The position numbers were made by a program, and so were the translations under genes. From Patescibacteria group bacterium (GTDB lineage: Bacteria; Patescibacteriota; Patescibacteriia; Patescibacteriales; UBA12075): a stretch of DNA of 47,930 nt. The stretch lies in assembly GCA_034722035.1 (NCBI GenBank), contig JAYENK010000019.1, positions 1-47,930 of the forward strand, written 5' to 3'. Below, one piece after another: positions 16,523-26,633 of this stretch (the stretch's first letter is position 1; each line of letters begins with the position of its first letter). The notes under the pieces were generated by a model. The model did not search any database. It saw only the letters and a program-made list of their open reading frames with translations, and was not told the DNA's origin.

Positions 16523-19273
16523 TTAATCTAATAATTTCTTTGCTTTTTTAATTTCTATACTTGCTTCTTCATTAATTACTACTGTATCTCGCCTTTTTAA
16601 ATTATCCATCAAAATCAAATTAGCAATTTCATCCTCAATCTTATCTTGAAGCAAACGTCTAAGTGGTCGCGCCCCGTATCTTGAATCAAAACCTTCTTTG
16701 GCCAATATGCGAAGTCCCGCCTCGTCAACTTCAAAACCAATTCCTTTCTGTTCAAGCATATTTCTGATTTTATTTAACATTAGACGGGCGATTTCAACCA
16801 CATTTTCCATTGACAAAGGCTCGAACACAATAATACCATCAAAACGATTAATCAGCTCCGGCCGCATTGCCCTTACCAGATATTTATTAATCAAGTCTTC
16901 CTTGATGTCAAGGCCAGTCTTACCAGCAAGCACTTGTTCCTGGATAAAGAGCGCACCAACATTAGAAGTTGCGATTACAATACTATTGGTAAAATCAACA
17001 GTGCGCCCTTGTCCGTCAGTCAAACGACCGTCGTCCATAACTTGCAAAAATAGATTAAGAATATCCGGATGCGCTTTTTCAATTTCATCCAAAAGAATCA
17101 AAGTAAAGGGTTGCTTGCGTACTGCCTCGGTCAAATGTCCTTTGTTTCCACTCGCATCACCAATCATTTTCTTTATGCTGTCCTGATGCTGAAATTCGCT
17201 CATGTCAATTCTAACCATATAGTCTTCATCGCCAAAATAAATTTCTGAAACTGACTTAGCCAACTCGGTTTTACCGACACCGGTGGAACCAAGAAAAAGA
17301 AAACTCGCAATCGGACGATTGTCCTCCCTGAGTTGAGCGCGGGCGCGACGCAAACTGGCTGAAACACGGTGAACCGCTTCTTTTTGATTGATCATTCGCT
17401 CATGAATCTTGTCTTCCAGATGCAAAAGCGATTCTCCTTCGGCCACGCCAATTTTTGTCACTGGAATTTTGGTTTGTTCACTAATTATCGCAGCGATATC
17501 CTCTTTATTTATTAATGAATTTTCACCTCTCTCCTTGGCGACTCGCACTGCCACTAGCTCCAATAGCTTTATCGCTTTTTCCGGCAAATATTTATCATGA
17601 ATATATTGACTGCTTAATTTTATCACACTCTCAATCGCATTATATGAAAAATATACTTTATATTTGCTTTCATAGTACGCAATTTTACTTTCAATTATTT
17701 GAATTGCCTGATTATCTTTGGGCTCCTCTACTTTTATTACCGCCATTATCTCTCCCAGAGACTTTCCCTCAATAAACTTAGTGTAATTATCCTGACTCGC
17801 TCTGGCCAAACAAAAAATTGTTCTCCGCTCAAGAGCACTCGCCAAAACCTCGGAAAGATCAAGGCTCTCTTCCTCTCCGCTGGTAATACCAATCATATTT
17901 TCAATATCGCTGATATAAAGAATAATATTACCGGCACGAATAACCTCGTCAATCACGGTAAGTAAACGCCCTTGCGCTTGTGCCGGAGACACACCGCTAA
18001 TCAAGCGAGTAGCATCTATCTCGATTAAACGCTTATCCTGAAAAAACTCCGGCACATCTTCACGTACCATTAGCTGTGCAATACCGTCAATGATAGTCTT
18101 TTTTCCAACTCCGCCCGGACCGGTCAAAATAACGCCACTGGCACCGGATTCAAATTGTTGCCAAATTTGATTTATTTCCTGCCCTCTAGCCACACAAAAC
18201 TCCAATTTATTAAACTTAGCCGCCACAGTCAAATCATACGCAATCTGATCCAAAGTTGGCGTTGCCAAAGAAGTAAAGGCTCGATTCATATTGCCACTCG
18301 GTTTATATTGCGCCAATTTGCGATACTTACGATAAGCTGATACTTGTTTTTCGTTTATAATAAACCACAAAATAACATTAAATAATTTTTGTTCATCTAT
18401 TTCCAGTTCATAGAGCAACTCTTTAATGATATTGTCATTATGGATTATTGGAATAATAAAATTTTTGGCTGAAACTTTATGCTGCCCTTTATTTAATGCT
18501 CCTAAATAAGCTTCAATTAAAACCTTTTTTAAAGTTTTGGAAATAACCGTTTTTTGTTCACTTTCCTTAAAATTAGCAATCCTTTTTTTAATTAATTCCA
18601 AAAGATCCTTAGCATCAACATTCAAACGAGAAAACATTGCTGCCACTTCTTTATCAGATAAAGCGATATAGAATAAGTGAGCCGGAGTCACGTATGAATG
18701 ATTTAATTTATCTGCCAAAAGATAAGCTTCTTCAATAACAGCTTGAGCCTCAACGCTATATCCGCTGGAAACGTCTAGTTTGTATTTTTTGCTTGCTTTT
18801 TTTAATTCCTCCCAATTCTCCGGACTAGTCTTAATTTGTATTTTACCTTCAAAACTCGCCGGAATTATTACATGTTGCCGCTTCTCTTCTTCGGACAAAC
18901 GATAATAAATAAACATATCAGCCAAAAGACCAAGCCAAAAGAAAAATATCAGAGGGTCAGACAAAGTCCAAAATGAAAATGCCATAATATCATTGGTGCT
19001 TTGCGCCACTCTATATATCCATAGAGCCAAAGACAAAATTCCACCAAGCCCAACAACAAAAGCAATAATATTGACAAGCGCTTGAAATTTTTTGCGCAGA
19101 TACGCCAATTCAATCACAGCTCGCCCCAATTGCGGTCCCCAATAATAAAAACGCTTGCGTAAAAAATTACCCAGTGCCATCCCGCCACAATTAGGACAAG
19201 ACAAACCAAAATCGGTTTTACCGATTCCTTCGCAAACAGGACAAATATAGTATTCAATTTTTTTATCAAGCAT
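16523..19273 (-). CDS. Membrane-anchored Clp/Hsp100-like AAA+ ATPase with N-terminal zinc finger
   Basis: CPVCEGIG...CPNCGG, two TM helices, Clp-N repeat, NBD1 GPGGVGKK (degenerate), NBD2 GSTGVGKT, LLDEIEKAH, GRLTDGQG, RPELINRFD, YGARPLRR. Confidence 0.9.
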   Translation of the reverse strand: MLDKKIEYYICPVCEGIGKTDFGLSCPNCGGMALGNFLRKRFYYWGPQLGRAVIELAYLRKKFQALVNIIAFVVGLGGILSLALWIYRVAQSTNDIMAFSFWTLSDPLIFFFWLGLLADMFIYYRLSEEEKRQHVIIPASFEGKIQIKTSPENWEELKKASKKYKLDVSSGYSVEAQAVIEEAYLLADKLNHSYVTPAHLFYIALSDKEVAAMFSRLNVDAKDLLELIKKRIANFKESEQKTVISKTLKKVLIEAYLGALNKGQHKVSAKNFIIPIIHNDNIIKELLYELEIDEQKLFNVILWFIINEKQVSAYRKYRKLAQYKPSGNMNRAFTSLATPTLDQIAYDLTVAAKFNKLEFCVARGQEINQIWQQFESGASGVILTGPGGVGKKTIIDGIAQLMVREDVPEFFQDKRLIEIDATRLISGVSPAQAQGRLLTVIDEVIRAGNIILYISDIENMIGITSGEEESLDLSEVLASALERRTIFCLARASQDNYTKFIEGKSLGEIMAVIKVEEPKDNQAIQIIESKIAYYESKYKVYFSYNAIESVIKLSSQYIHDKYLPEKAIKLLELVAVRVAKERGENSLINKEDIAAIISEQTKIPVTKIGVAEGESLLHLEDKIHERMINQKEAVHRVSASLRRARAQLREDNRPIASFLFLGSTGVGKTELAKSVSEIYFGDEDYMVRIDMSEFQHQDSIKKMIGDASGNKGHLTEAVRKQPFTLILLDEIEKAHPDILNLFLQVMDDGRLTDGQGRTVDFTNSIVIATSNVGALFIQEQVLAGKTGLDIKEDLINKYLVRAMRPELINRFDGIIVFEPLSMENVVEIARLMLNKIRNMLEQKGIGFEVDEAGLRILAKEGFDSRYGARPLRRLLQDKIEDEIANLILMDNLKRRDTVVINEEASIEIKKAKKLLD

Positions 19274-19637
19274 AAAATTGAAATATCAATTCAAAAACAA
19301 CCAAAATCGGTAAAATTAACCATATTATAAATACGCCGATACTTATAATCAGCCAAAAAATTAAAATCAAACCGCGAAAAATTATCATCATCAAGCGCAT
19401 CCCCATACTTATCAAGCGTCCTTGCCAATCCGACTGACCATACATTGGCTTAAAAAAGTTCTTTACCCAAACAAAAAAAGCCAAACCTTTTTCCCGGTTC
19501 GACATAAATTGAATTAAAGATTTTACTGTTTGAATCAAACCACGCGAATACCACCAAATTGGGAAAAACACAATATCACGTAAAGTTTCAGTTAAAAGCT
19601 TTAAACTATATAGATAAAAATTATTGTGCAACATCAT
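19266..19637 (-). CDS. Small membrane protein overlapping the Clp-like ATPase start
   Basis: FFPIWWYSRG, KNFFKPMYG, C-terminal hydrophobic stretch; 8-nt overlap with the downstream gene. Confidence 0.78.
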   Translation of the reverse strand: MMLHNNFYLYSLKLLTETLRDIVFFPIWWYSRGLIQTVKSLIQFMSNREKGLAFFVWVKNFFKPMYGQSDWQGRLISMGMRLMMIIFRGLILIFWLIISIGVFIIWLILPILVVFELIFQFYA

Positions 19638-19746
19638 GGTCAATTAAGAATTAAATATCTTGCGGGTAGAAAATTATTTACTTAATTTTATATTATTATA
19701 CCATATTATTCCATTTAGAAGCAAATTTTGGTGCTAATTTTACGCC

Positions 19747-19775
19747 TTGACATTTACTTATTCATTTGTTATATT
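19747..19775 (+). promoter_or_regulatory. rpmA promoter
   Basis: TTGACA, 17 nt, TATATT with TGn extension. Confidence 0.75.
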
Positions 19776-19911
19776 AATACCACTGCCCATCCCAAGGGAA
19801 TCATTTCGGGAATTGGGCATATTTATTTTAATATTAAACCATAAAATTAAATTTAAGCTATTATTTATTAATTGTTAATTGTTAATTCTTAATTTTTAAT
19901 TGAACATTAAG

Positions 19912-20193
19912 ATGGCGCATAAAAAAGCCGGCGGAAGTGCCGGAAATCTCAAAGACTCCAAAGGACGAAGACTTGGAGTCAAACTTTCAGACGGACAAGC
20001 AACTAAATCTGGCTCAATTATCATTCGTCAACGTGGCAGCAAATACCGAGCTGGACAAAACGTCAAACAAGGCAAGGATGACACCTTATTTGCGACTACC
20101 AAAGGAATTGTTAAATTTACTGCCAAAAAAATAAAAAAATTCAATTCTCAAATAAGGGTTGCTAAGATTGTAAACGTTGTAACAGGAAAATAA
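19912..20193 (+). CDS. rpmA: 50S ribosomal protein L27
   Basis: MAHKKAGGS...[10 protein letters not shown]...GSIIIRQRG...GKDDTLFA. Confidence 0.97.
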   Translation: MAHKKAGGSAGNLKDSKGRRLGVKLSDGQATKSGSIIIRQRGSKYRAGQNVKQGKDDTLFATTKGIVKFTAKKIKKFNSQIRVAKIVNVVTGK

Positions 20194-20205
20194 AAATTTT
20201 TACAT

Positions 20206-20243
20206 AAAAAAAGAAATGTATTAAAACAAACATTTCTTTTTTT
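20206..20243. terminator. Bidirectional terminator between rpmA and pyrG
   Basis: AAAAAAAGAAATGT...ACATTTCTTTTTTT between convergent genes. Confidence 0.7.
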
Positions 20244-20254
20244 ATATATTTTTT

Positions 20255-21913
20255 TTATTTTTTCTGACAAACTTTTACAAATTCCATAAACAGCGGATGT
20301 GGGTCTAGTGGACGAGAAATATATTCTGGATGAAATTGAGTAGCAATAAAGAAAGGGTGATCGCTAATCTCAACGGCCTCAACGATCTTATTGTCCGGTG
20401 AAGTACCAGCCACAATAAGCCCCAATTTTTCAAATTCTTCCCGGTAATAATTGTTAAATTCATAGCGATGACGATGACGCTCAAAAATTGGACCATTAAT
20501 TTTACCGAGCTTTTTTTTATAAATTTTGTACAGGTGGGTACCTTTTACCAATTTGCAAGGCCAAGCACCAAGACGGATTGTCCCGCCAAATTGTTTTTTG
20601 GCCAAAAGCGCTTTTTGCTCCGACATAATATGTATTACTGGGTATGGTGTTTTCTTATTCACCTCTTCACTATTCGCCTTGATCTTTTTGGCTACATTGC
20701 GCGCAAATTCAATTACGCACATCTGCATACCATAACAAAGTCCAAAATAAGCTTTATTATTTTCCCGGCAATATTTAATTGTCTTAATTTTCCCTTCACT
20801 CCCCCGGCTTCCCCAGCCCTGAGGAACAATAATTCCATCATATTTTTTAAGACTCCTAGTACCATTCTTTTCAATTTCGGAAGTATTGATCCAATTAATC
20901 TCCGGTTTTACCCCTTGCGCGTATGAAGCATGTTTAATTGCTTCAATTACGCTAATATATGAATCGGACAAACAAAAATCTCCAGTTGCAAAATATTTAC
21001 CAACAATCCCAATATTGACCGTTTTTTTGCTAGACCGCATCTTCTTGACCATTTTAAGCCAATCCTGACCATTTTTTTGCTTTGTCTTAAGACCAAACTT
21101 ATCCAAAATTCTCTGACCAAGCTCGTCTTTTTCAAAATTAAGCGGCACATCATAGATTGAATCAACATCAGGAGCGGAAATTACATCCTCCTGTTTAACA
21201 TTACAATGAATAGCAATTTTTTTTCTTCTTGGCTCGTCAATCGATGCGCGCGAACGAGCAATAATAAAATTCGGCACAATCCCGGCCGCATTTAAATTTC
21301 GAACCGCATGCTGAGTCGGTTTTGTTTTCATCTCCCCTACTTTGGCCGGAATCGGCAAATAAGAAACCATCACAAACAAAACATCATCCGGATATTCCAT
21401 TTTCATAAATCGAGCTGCTTCCAAGAATAATAAATTTTCATATTCACCGGCAGTTCCTCCAATTTCAATAATCATAATATCCACCTTGGTTTTTTCGACT
21501 GCTTTTTCAATTCGTTCACGTATTTCCATTGGAACGTGCGGTACCACCTGAACGCATTTGCCTTTATATTCCAAATTTCGCTCTTTTTGAATCACACTCT
21601 GATAAACCCGACCGGTTGTCATATAATTTTCTCGGTAAATATTTTTGTTCAAAAATCGTTCATAATTTCCAATGTCCTGATCGGTCTCGTCCCCGTCTTC
21701 GGTAACAAAAACCTCGCCATGTTCGATTGGATTCATTGTGCCAGCATCTACATTGACGTAAGGATCAACCTTCATACAACTAACATTATAACCTTTGTTT
21801 TGCAAAATTCGCCCGATTGACGAAGCGGTTATGCCTTTACCTACACCAGACATTACTCCTCCAACCACAAAAATATATTTTGCTTTTGATGCTTGTTTCT
21901 TGTTTTTACTCAT
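20255..21913 (-). CDS. pyrG: CTP synthase
   Basis: KYIFVVGGVMSGVGKG, DPYVNVDAGTM, EIGGT, KTKPTQH, GLCYGMQ, ERHRHRYE, QFHPE. Confidence 0.98.
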   Translation of the reverse strand: MSKNKKQASKAKYIFVVGGVMSGVGKGITASSIGRILQNKGYNVSCMKVDPYVNVDAGTMNPIEHGEVFVTEDGDETDQDIGNYERFLNKNIYRENYMTTGRVYQSVIQKERNLEYKGKCVQVVPHVPMEIRERIEKAVEKTKVDIMIIEIGGTAGEYENLLFLEAARFMKMEYPDDVLFVMVSYLPIPAKVGEMKTKPTQHAVRNLNAAGIVPNFIIARSRASIDEPRRKKIAIHCNVKQEDVISAPDVDSIYDVPLNFEKDELGQRILDKFGLKTKQKNGQDWLKMVKKMRSSKKTVNIGIVGKYFATGDFCLSDSYISVIEAIKHASYAQGVKPEINWINTSEIEKNGTRSLKKYDGIIVPQGWGSRGSEGKIKTIKYCRENNKAYFGLCYGMQMCVIEFARNVAKKIKANSEEVNKKTPYPVIHIMSEQKALLAKKQFGGTIRLGAWPCKLVKGTHLYKIYKKKLGKINGPIFERHRHRYEFNNYYREEFEKLGLIVAGTSPDNKIVEAVEISDHPFFIATQFHPEYISRPLDPHPLFMEFVKVCQKK

Positions 21914-21937
21914 AGGGACGCGTATTTTAAATATAAA

Positions 21938-22393
21938 TTATTCTTTTTTAAGATCATCGCTTTTAATTTCAAGCTTTATAACTGCTTTATTCTTGCCCAA
22001 TTTTAATTCGAGCGTATACTTACCAATTTTTTTAATGCTGCTCTTTAGTTTAATTTCGTTAGCTTCAATGTCATATCCTTGTGCTTTCATTTCCTTGGCA
22101 ATCGCTTTTTTCCCGAGTCCGGCATAAAGCGTGCCTGCTTCGTCAGTTTTTACCTTGACCGTTATTCGTTTTCGATTAATTTCCTTGGCCATTTTGTTTT
22201 TATCCTTTTTTACTGTTGTTTTCAGTTTTTCCTGCTTGGCCTTTTGTACCTTTATTCTATCCTGAGTATGCTTGGTCAAAATATCAGCTAGCCCTCCTGG
22301 AATCAAAAAATTCCGCGCATATCCATTAGAAACCTCCTTAATTTCCCCTTTATGCCCCAACTTTTTCACTTCTTTTAATAATATCACTTTCAT
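21938..22393 (-). CDS. rplI: 50S ribosomal protein L9
   Basis: [32 protein letters not shown]. Confidence 0.97.
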   Translation of the reverse strand: MKVILLKEVKKLGHKGEIKEVSNGYARNFLIPGGLADILTKHTQDRIKVQKAKQEKLKTTVKKDKNKMAKEINRKRITVKVKTDEAGTLYAGLGKKAIAKEMKAQGYDIEANEIKLKSSIKKIGKYTLELKLGKNKAVIKLEIKSDDLKKE

Positions 22394-22408
22394 ATTTTTT
22401 ATTTTCTT

Positions 22409-22439
22409 GCCCCGTGTGAGCGTAGCGATTTTACGGGGT
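22409..22439. repeat. REP-like GC-rich palindrome
   Basis: GCCCCGTG...GCGTAGC...TACGGGGT in an AT-rich spacer. Confidence 0.6.
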
Positions 22440-22445
22440 TAATTC

Positions 22446-23777
22446 TTAATTTTTAATTGAATTCTCCTCACTACTAGTTGCGATCGCCTCGGTACTACTT
22501 GCCAAAAACGCGCTTATGTCATTGCCCAATAAATATTCAATAGCCGCATCGAATTGAGGATCACGAAAATTATCATAATCATCACGAGTAAACTCAACTT
22601 CATAGTCAGGCATAATGCCATCGTCGTTAATACTTCTTCCATTTGGAGTCAACCATTTGGCAACTGTTATTTTAATAGAAGAACCATCGGCAAATTTATT
22701 AAGCGTTTGTACCGAGCCTTTACCAAAAGTTTTTTTGCCGATAATAATCGCTTTCTCATGATCCCGCAAGGCTCCGGACACAATTTCTGACGCTGAAGCT
22801 GAACCCTGATTTACCAAAACCACTGTTTTGAAATCAGCCAAACGAGCTCGCCCGCGAGCCAAATGCTCAATCAATCTCTCTTCACTGTATTTTTCTACCA
22901 CTACAATCTTATCATCCACCCACTCACTTGCCATTTCAATTGCCGTATCCAAATATCCTCCCGGATTATTTCTCAAATCAACGATTATTCCCGCTACATC
23001 ATTATCTAATACCTCGTGTACAGCTTCGCTAAACAAACGTTCGGTATCATTGTTAAAATTCGTAATTTTTATACTAAGAATATTATCTTCAGTAATTTTT
23101 GTATTAATGCTTTTTACAAAAATCTGCCCGCGCGTAATCGTAATATCAAAAAGCTCTTCTTCGCCGTCGCGTCGAATAGTCAAAACTACATCAGTATCTT
23201 TTGATCCACGAATTTTATTAACAGCCGAATCAATCGAGATACCGGCGGTAATTTCACCGTCAATCGCAAACACCTTGTCGCCAGCCATAAGACCAGCCTT
23301 TTCTGCCGGCATATCCGGCAAAGGCGCAATAATGGTAAGCACATCATTTTTAATACCAATCTCCGCTCCAATCCCCTCAAAAGTACCTTTTAGGTCATCA
23401 TTAAACTCTTTGGCAATAATCGGATTCATAAAAACAGTATAAGGGTCGCCAACAGCCGACACCATTCCGCGCAAAGCGCCATAAAATAATTCCTTTTCTT
23501 CCAGCTTGTCTCGGTCAACATAAGTTGAATATATTGTATCCCAAACTTCCCAAAATTGTTCAAAATTTACATCTTGAATTAATCTACCCTCTGGCGATTC
23601 TTGATATTTACCGGTAACGTTGCCGATAAAAACCGCTTCCTCATCTGCTAAATCCGCCAAAACACGTTCTTGTCCGGAAAAATAAAGACCAGCGCCAAAA
23701 CTTAGCCAAAGCAATATTATTCCCCCAAATATATATACTACTTTTTTAATATTTTTATATTTTTTGTTTGTTTCCAT
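22446..23777 (-). CDS. ctpA: S41 C-terminal processing protease
   Basis: GDPYT, GIGAEI (PDZ), DLRNNPGG, SASASEI, TFGKGSVQ, WLTPNG. Confidence 0.95.
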   Translation of the reverse strand: METNKKYKNIKKVVYIFGGIILLWLSFGAGLYFSGQERVLADLADEEAVFIGNVTGKYQESPEGRLIQDVNFEQFWEVWDTIYSTYVDRDKLEEKELFYGALRGMVSAVGDPYTVFMNPIIAKEFNDDLKGTFEGIGAEIGIKNDVLTIIAPLPDMPAEKAGLMAGDKVFAIDGEITAGISIDSAVNKIRGSKDTDVVLTIRRDGEEELFDITITRGQIFVKSINTKITEDNILSIKITNFNNDTERLFSEAVHEVLDNDVAGIIVDLRNNPGGYLDTAIEMASEWVDDKIVVVEKYSEERLIEHLARGRARLADFKTVVLVNQGSASASEIVSGALRDHEKAIIIGKKTFGKGSVQTLNKFADGSSIKITVAKWLTPNGRSINDDGIMPDYEVEFTRDDYDNFRDPQFDAAIEYLLGNDISAFLASSTEAIATSSEENSIKN

Positions 23778-23973
23778 TATAAAAAATAATAAGCAAGCAA
23801 ATCACTTATTAATATAAATAATTATTATTAACATTTTTAATTTTATCACATTTTAACACTTTATAGCAACTAGCCTTAATCCTTTTTAGCATCCTGCCTC
23901 CAGTTTATTGATTTTTACTTGAATATAAGTTAATATTAATATAATCATATAAAAAATTTATATTAAAAATAAT

Positions 23974-25284
23974 ATGGCTAATTTTATAATAAATGGCGGG
24001 AAAAAGTTAAGCGGGAAAATTGCTACCAATTCAGCCAAAAATGCCTCGGTCGCGATTCTTTGTGCTTGCACCATGATTAAAGGTAAAACTGTTTTAAAAG
24101 ATGTCCCGGTTATTGAAGAGGTAAAAAGAATTATCGAACTGTTAAAATCGCTTGGGCTAGAAATTGAATGGACAAAAAAGCATGAACTGACAATCAATAA
24201 TCCAAAAAATTTAAATCTGAATAATTTGGATAAAAAAGCTTTTCAGAAAACCCGCTCCGGTCTGCTGCTAATGGGCGCGCTTTTATCTCGCTTTGATGCT
24301 TTTGATCTACCACTCCCCTCCGGATGTAAACTGGGCGAACGTACAGTCAACCCTTATTCACTCGCACTTAAACATCTAGGCGTAAAAGTTTCTTGTAATC
24401 AAAATGGTTACAACATCAAAAAAGAAAATTTTAAAGGGGCGGAATTTACTATGTATGAGACAGGAGACACTGCTACCGAAAATACCATCATGGCAGCCGT
24501 CTTCGCGCCCGGTCAAACCACAATCCATCTTGCTGCTTCCAATTATATGGTACAAGACCTTTGTTGGTTTCTTAAAAGAGCCGGTGCCAAAATTAAAAAT
24601 ATTGGCACTAGCACCTTAATAATTAAAGGCATAAAAGAATTAAAACCACTTAAATACCCAATTATGCCAGACCCGATTGAATCAATGGCTTTTATTTCGG
24701 TCGCTATTACTACCGAATCAAAATTAACTATCACAAAATGTCCGATTGATTTTCTTCGCTTGGAATTGGAAAAACTAAGTATTATGGGACAAAAATATAC
24801 TATTGATAAACAACACAAATCCGGTAATAGAAAATTTAATCTGGTTGACATTACAATTTACCCGTCAAAGCTAAAAGCCCTGCCGGACAAAATCCATCCT
24901 CTCCCCTATCCCGGACTCAATATTGATAATCTGCCCCTGTTTCTGCCAATTCTGACTAAAGCCAAAGGCACAACCTTGGTTTATGATTGGATTTATGAAA
25001 ATAGAGCAATCTATTATACCGAATTAAACAAGCTTGGAGCCAATATCTTATTACTCGACCCGCATCGTGTTACTGTAAAGGGACCAAGCAAATTAAAAAA
25101 CAATGAAATAATTTGCCCACCAGCGCTTCGTCCTTCAATCAATCTGCTAATTTGCATGTTAGCCGCTCCGGGTCGTTCTATCTTAAGAAATTCATATTCA
25201 ATCGATCGTGGCTATGAAAATATAGTCAAACGTCTAAACACAATCGGCGCCGACATTACCGCCATCGAAAAACTTAATTTTTAA
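23974..25284 (+). CDS. murA: UDP-N-acetylglucosamine 1-carboxyvinyltransferase
   Basis: AKNA, LPSGCKLGER (catalytic Cys kept), ATEN, PDPIE, YPG, YENR, IDRGYE. Confidence 0.93.
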   Translation: MANFIINGGKKLSGKIATNSAKNASVAILCACTMIKGKTVLKDVPVIEEVKRIIELLKSLGLEIEWTKKHELTINNPKNLNLNNLDKKAFQKTRSGLLLMGALLSRFDAFDLPLPSGCKLGERTVNPYSLALKHLGVKVSCNQNGYNIKKENFKGAEFTMYETGDTATENTIMAAVFAPGQTTIHLAASNYMVQDLCWFLKRAGAKIKNIGTSTLIIKGIKELKPLKYPIMPDPIESMAFISVAITTESKLTITKCPIDFLRLELEKLSIMGQKYTIDKQHKSGNRKFNLVDITIYPSKLKALPDKIHPLPYPGLNIDNLPLFLPILTKAKGTTLVYDWIYENRAIYYTELNKLGANILLLDPHRVTVKGPSKLKNNEIICPPALRPSINLLICMLAAPGRSILRNSYSIDRGYENIVKRLNTIGADITAIEKLNF

Positions 25285-25292
25285 TCAAGAAA

Positions 25293-26633
25293 ATGTCTTT
25301 AAAACAACGTCGCCTGCTCTATATCACTTTTATCTTATTATTTATAACAATCACTCCGTTTTTCTGGCTCTATGCAGCCGGATATAAATTGGGGAGTGGT
25401 TTTAAATTTGAAAAAACCGGTATTTTCATCATTGATTCCGAGCCAAGAAAAGCCAAAATATATTTGAATAATAAACTGCAAAAACAAAATATTGTCGGCA
25501 TTATACCACGCCCAAACAAAACCATTACTACGCCAGCCAAAATAAAAAACCTCTTGCCCGGTGAATATTCAGTTAGACTGGAAATAGAGAATTACTGGCC
25601 TTGGGAAAAAAAACTCAAAATTAATTCGGGAAAATCCACCTTTGCCGAAGATATTATTCTATTTCGTAATGAACTTCCTTTTAAACTGCTTGATGGTAAA
25701 TACAACTCAATTATTACTACCCTCGACTCAAATTTAGCCCTAACCTACAATAGTAAACAAGTTGCTATTATTGATATTAAAAAAAGCCAAGTCATTTCTC
25801 GTCTTAGTCAAGCAAGCAGTAGCCAATATTGGGTATGGTCAAAAGATAAAAAATATATTAGCAATGGAGAAAAAATTTTTGAAGCAAAAAATTTAAATAC
25901 AAATAATAATTTACCAATAATTTTTAAAAGTATAAAAAAACCGCTTATCTGGCATAATGAAAATAAAATTTTCGCAATCAGCGATGATAATATTATCAGC
26001 TATGAACCAAAAAGCGGAAAAATACAAATTTTTTCTCAATTCAATGAATTAATCGAGCTAAAGTCCGATACAAATAATTTATACGCGATAAAAAAAAATA
26101 AAAATAACTCGATCATTTCGATTATTAATCCTGATAACGGCGAAAATAAAAAAAATATTAATTTACCATTATCCAGCTACAAATTCCTTAATCAATCGCC
26201 CTTCCTGTTGGATATCTATGATACCAAACATAATATTTTGTACTTAATTGATCCAAGCTCTACCTATAAACCACTAATCGAAACAGTGGTTGACGCAAAA
26301 AATATTAATTGGATCAATCAAAGCCAATTTGTCTATACCAATGGCCATGAGATACGGTTAATAGACCTGACTAACAAGCAAAAAATATTAATTGCCCGCT
26401 ATAGCCAAAAAATTAATAACATTTTTTGGCATCCGAGCCGTAATTATATTATATTCTCAACTAATGAATATATCGCCACGATTGAATTGGACAAACGGGA
26501 TAGATATAATGTCACTCGTCTAATTGACCAACAAAAAATCAGGCACACCTCTCTAAGCAAAGATGGCAGTCGACTTCTGCTCGTTGGCGCGATTGGGCAA
26601 AACGAAGGAGTTTATGAGTTAATATTACAATAA
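25293..26633 (+). CDS. Membrane-anchored PEGA-domain protein with probable beta-propeller
   Basis: TM, YAAGY, TGIFIIDSEPRKAKIYLN, TPAKIKNLLPGEYSVRLE (PEGA); W-containing blade-like repeats. Confidence 0.82.
   Translation: MSLKQRRLLYITFILLFITITPFFWLYAAGYKLGSGFKFEKTGIFIIDSEPRKAKIYLNNKLQKQNIVGIIPRPNKTITTPAKIKNLLPGEYSVRLEIENYWPWEKKLKINSGKSTFAEDIILFRNELPFKLLDGKYNSIITTLDSNLALTYNSKQVAIIDIKKSQVISRLSQASSSQYWVWSKDKKYISNGEKIFEAKNLNTNNNLPIIFKSIKKPLIWHNENKIFAISDDNIISYEPKSGKIQIFSQFNELIELKSDTNNLYAIKKNKNNSIISIINPDNGENKKNINLPLSSYKFLNQSPFLLDIYDTKHNILYLIDPSSTYKPLIETVVDAKNINWINQSQFVYTNGHEIRLIDLTNKQKILIARYSQKINNIFWHPSRNYIIFSTNEYIATIELDKRDRYNVTRLIDQQKIRHTSLSKDGSRLLLVGAIGQNEGVYELILQ

Noticed and set aside
21938-22393. 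Presence of L9 as an anomaly for CPR
   Set aside because: L9 loss affects only some CPR groups; Parcubacteria generally keep it.
22828-23442. 204-aa antisense ORF and other plus-strand ORFs inside minus-strand genes
   Set aside because: Antisense shadows of well-supported genes, with no motifs.
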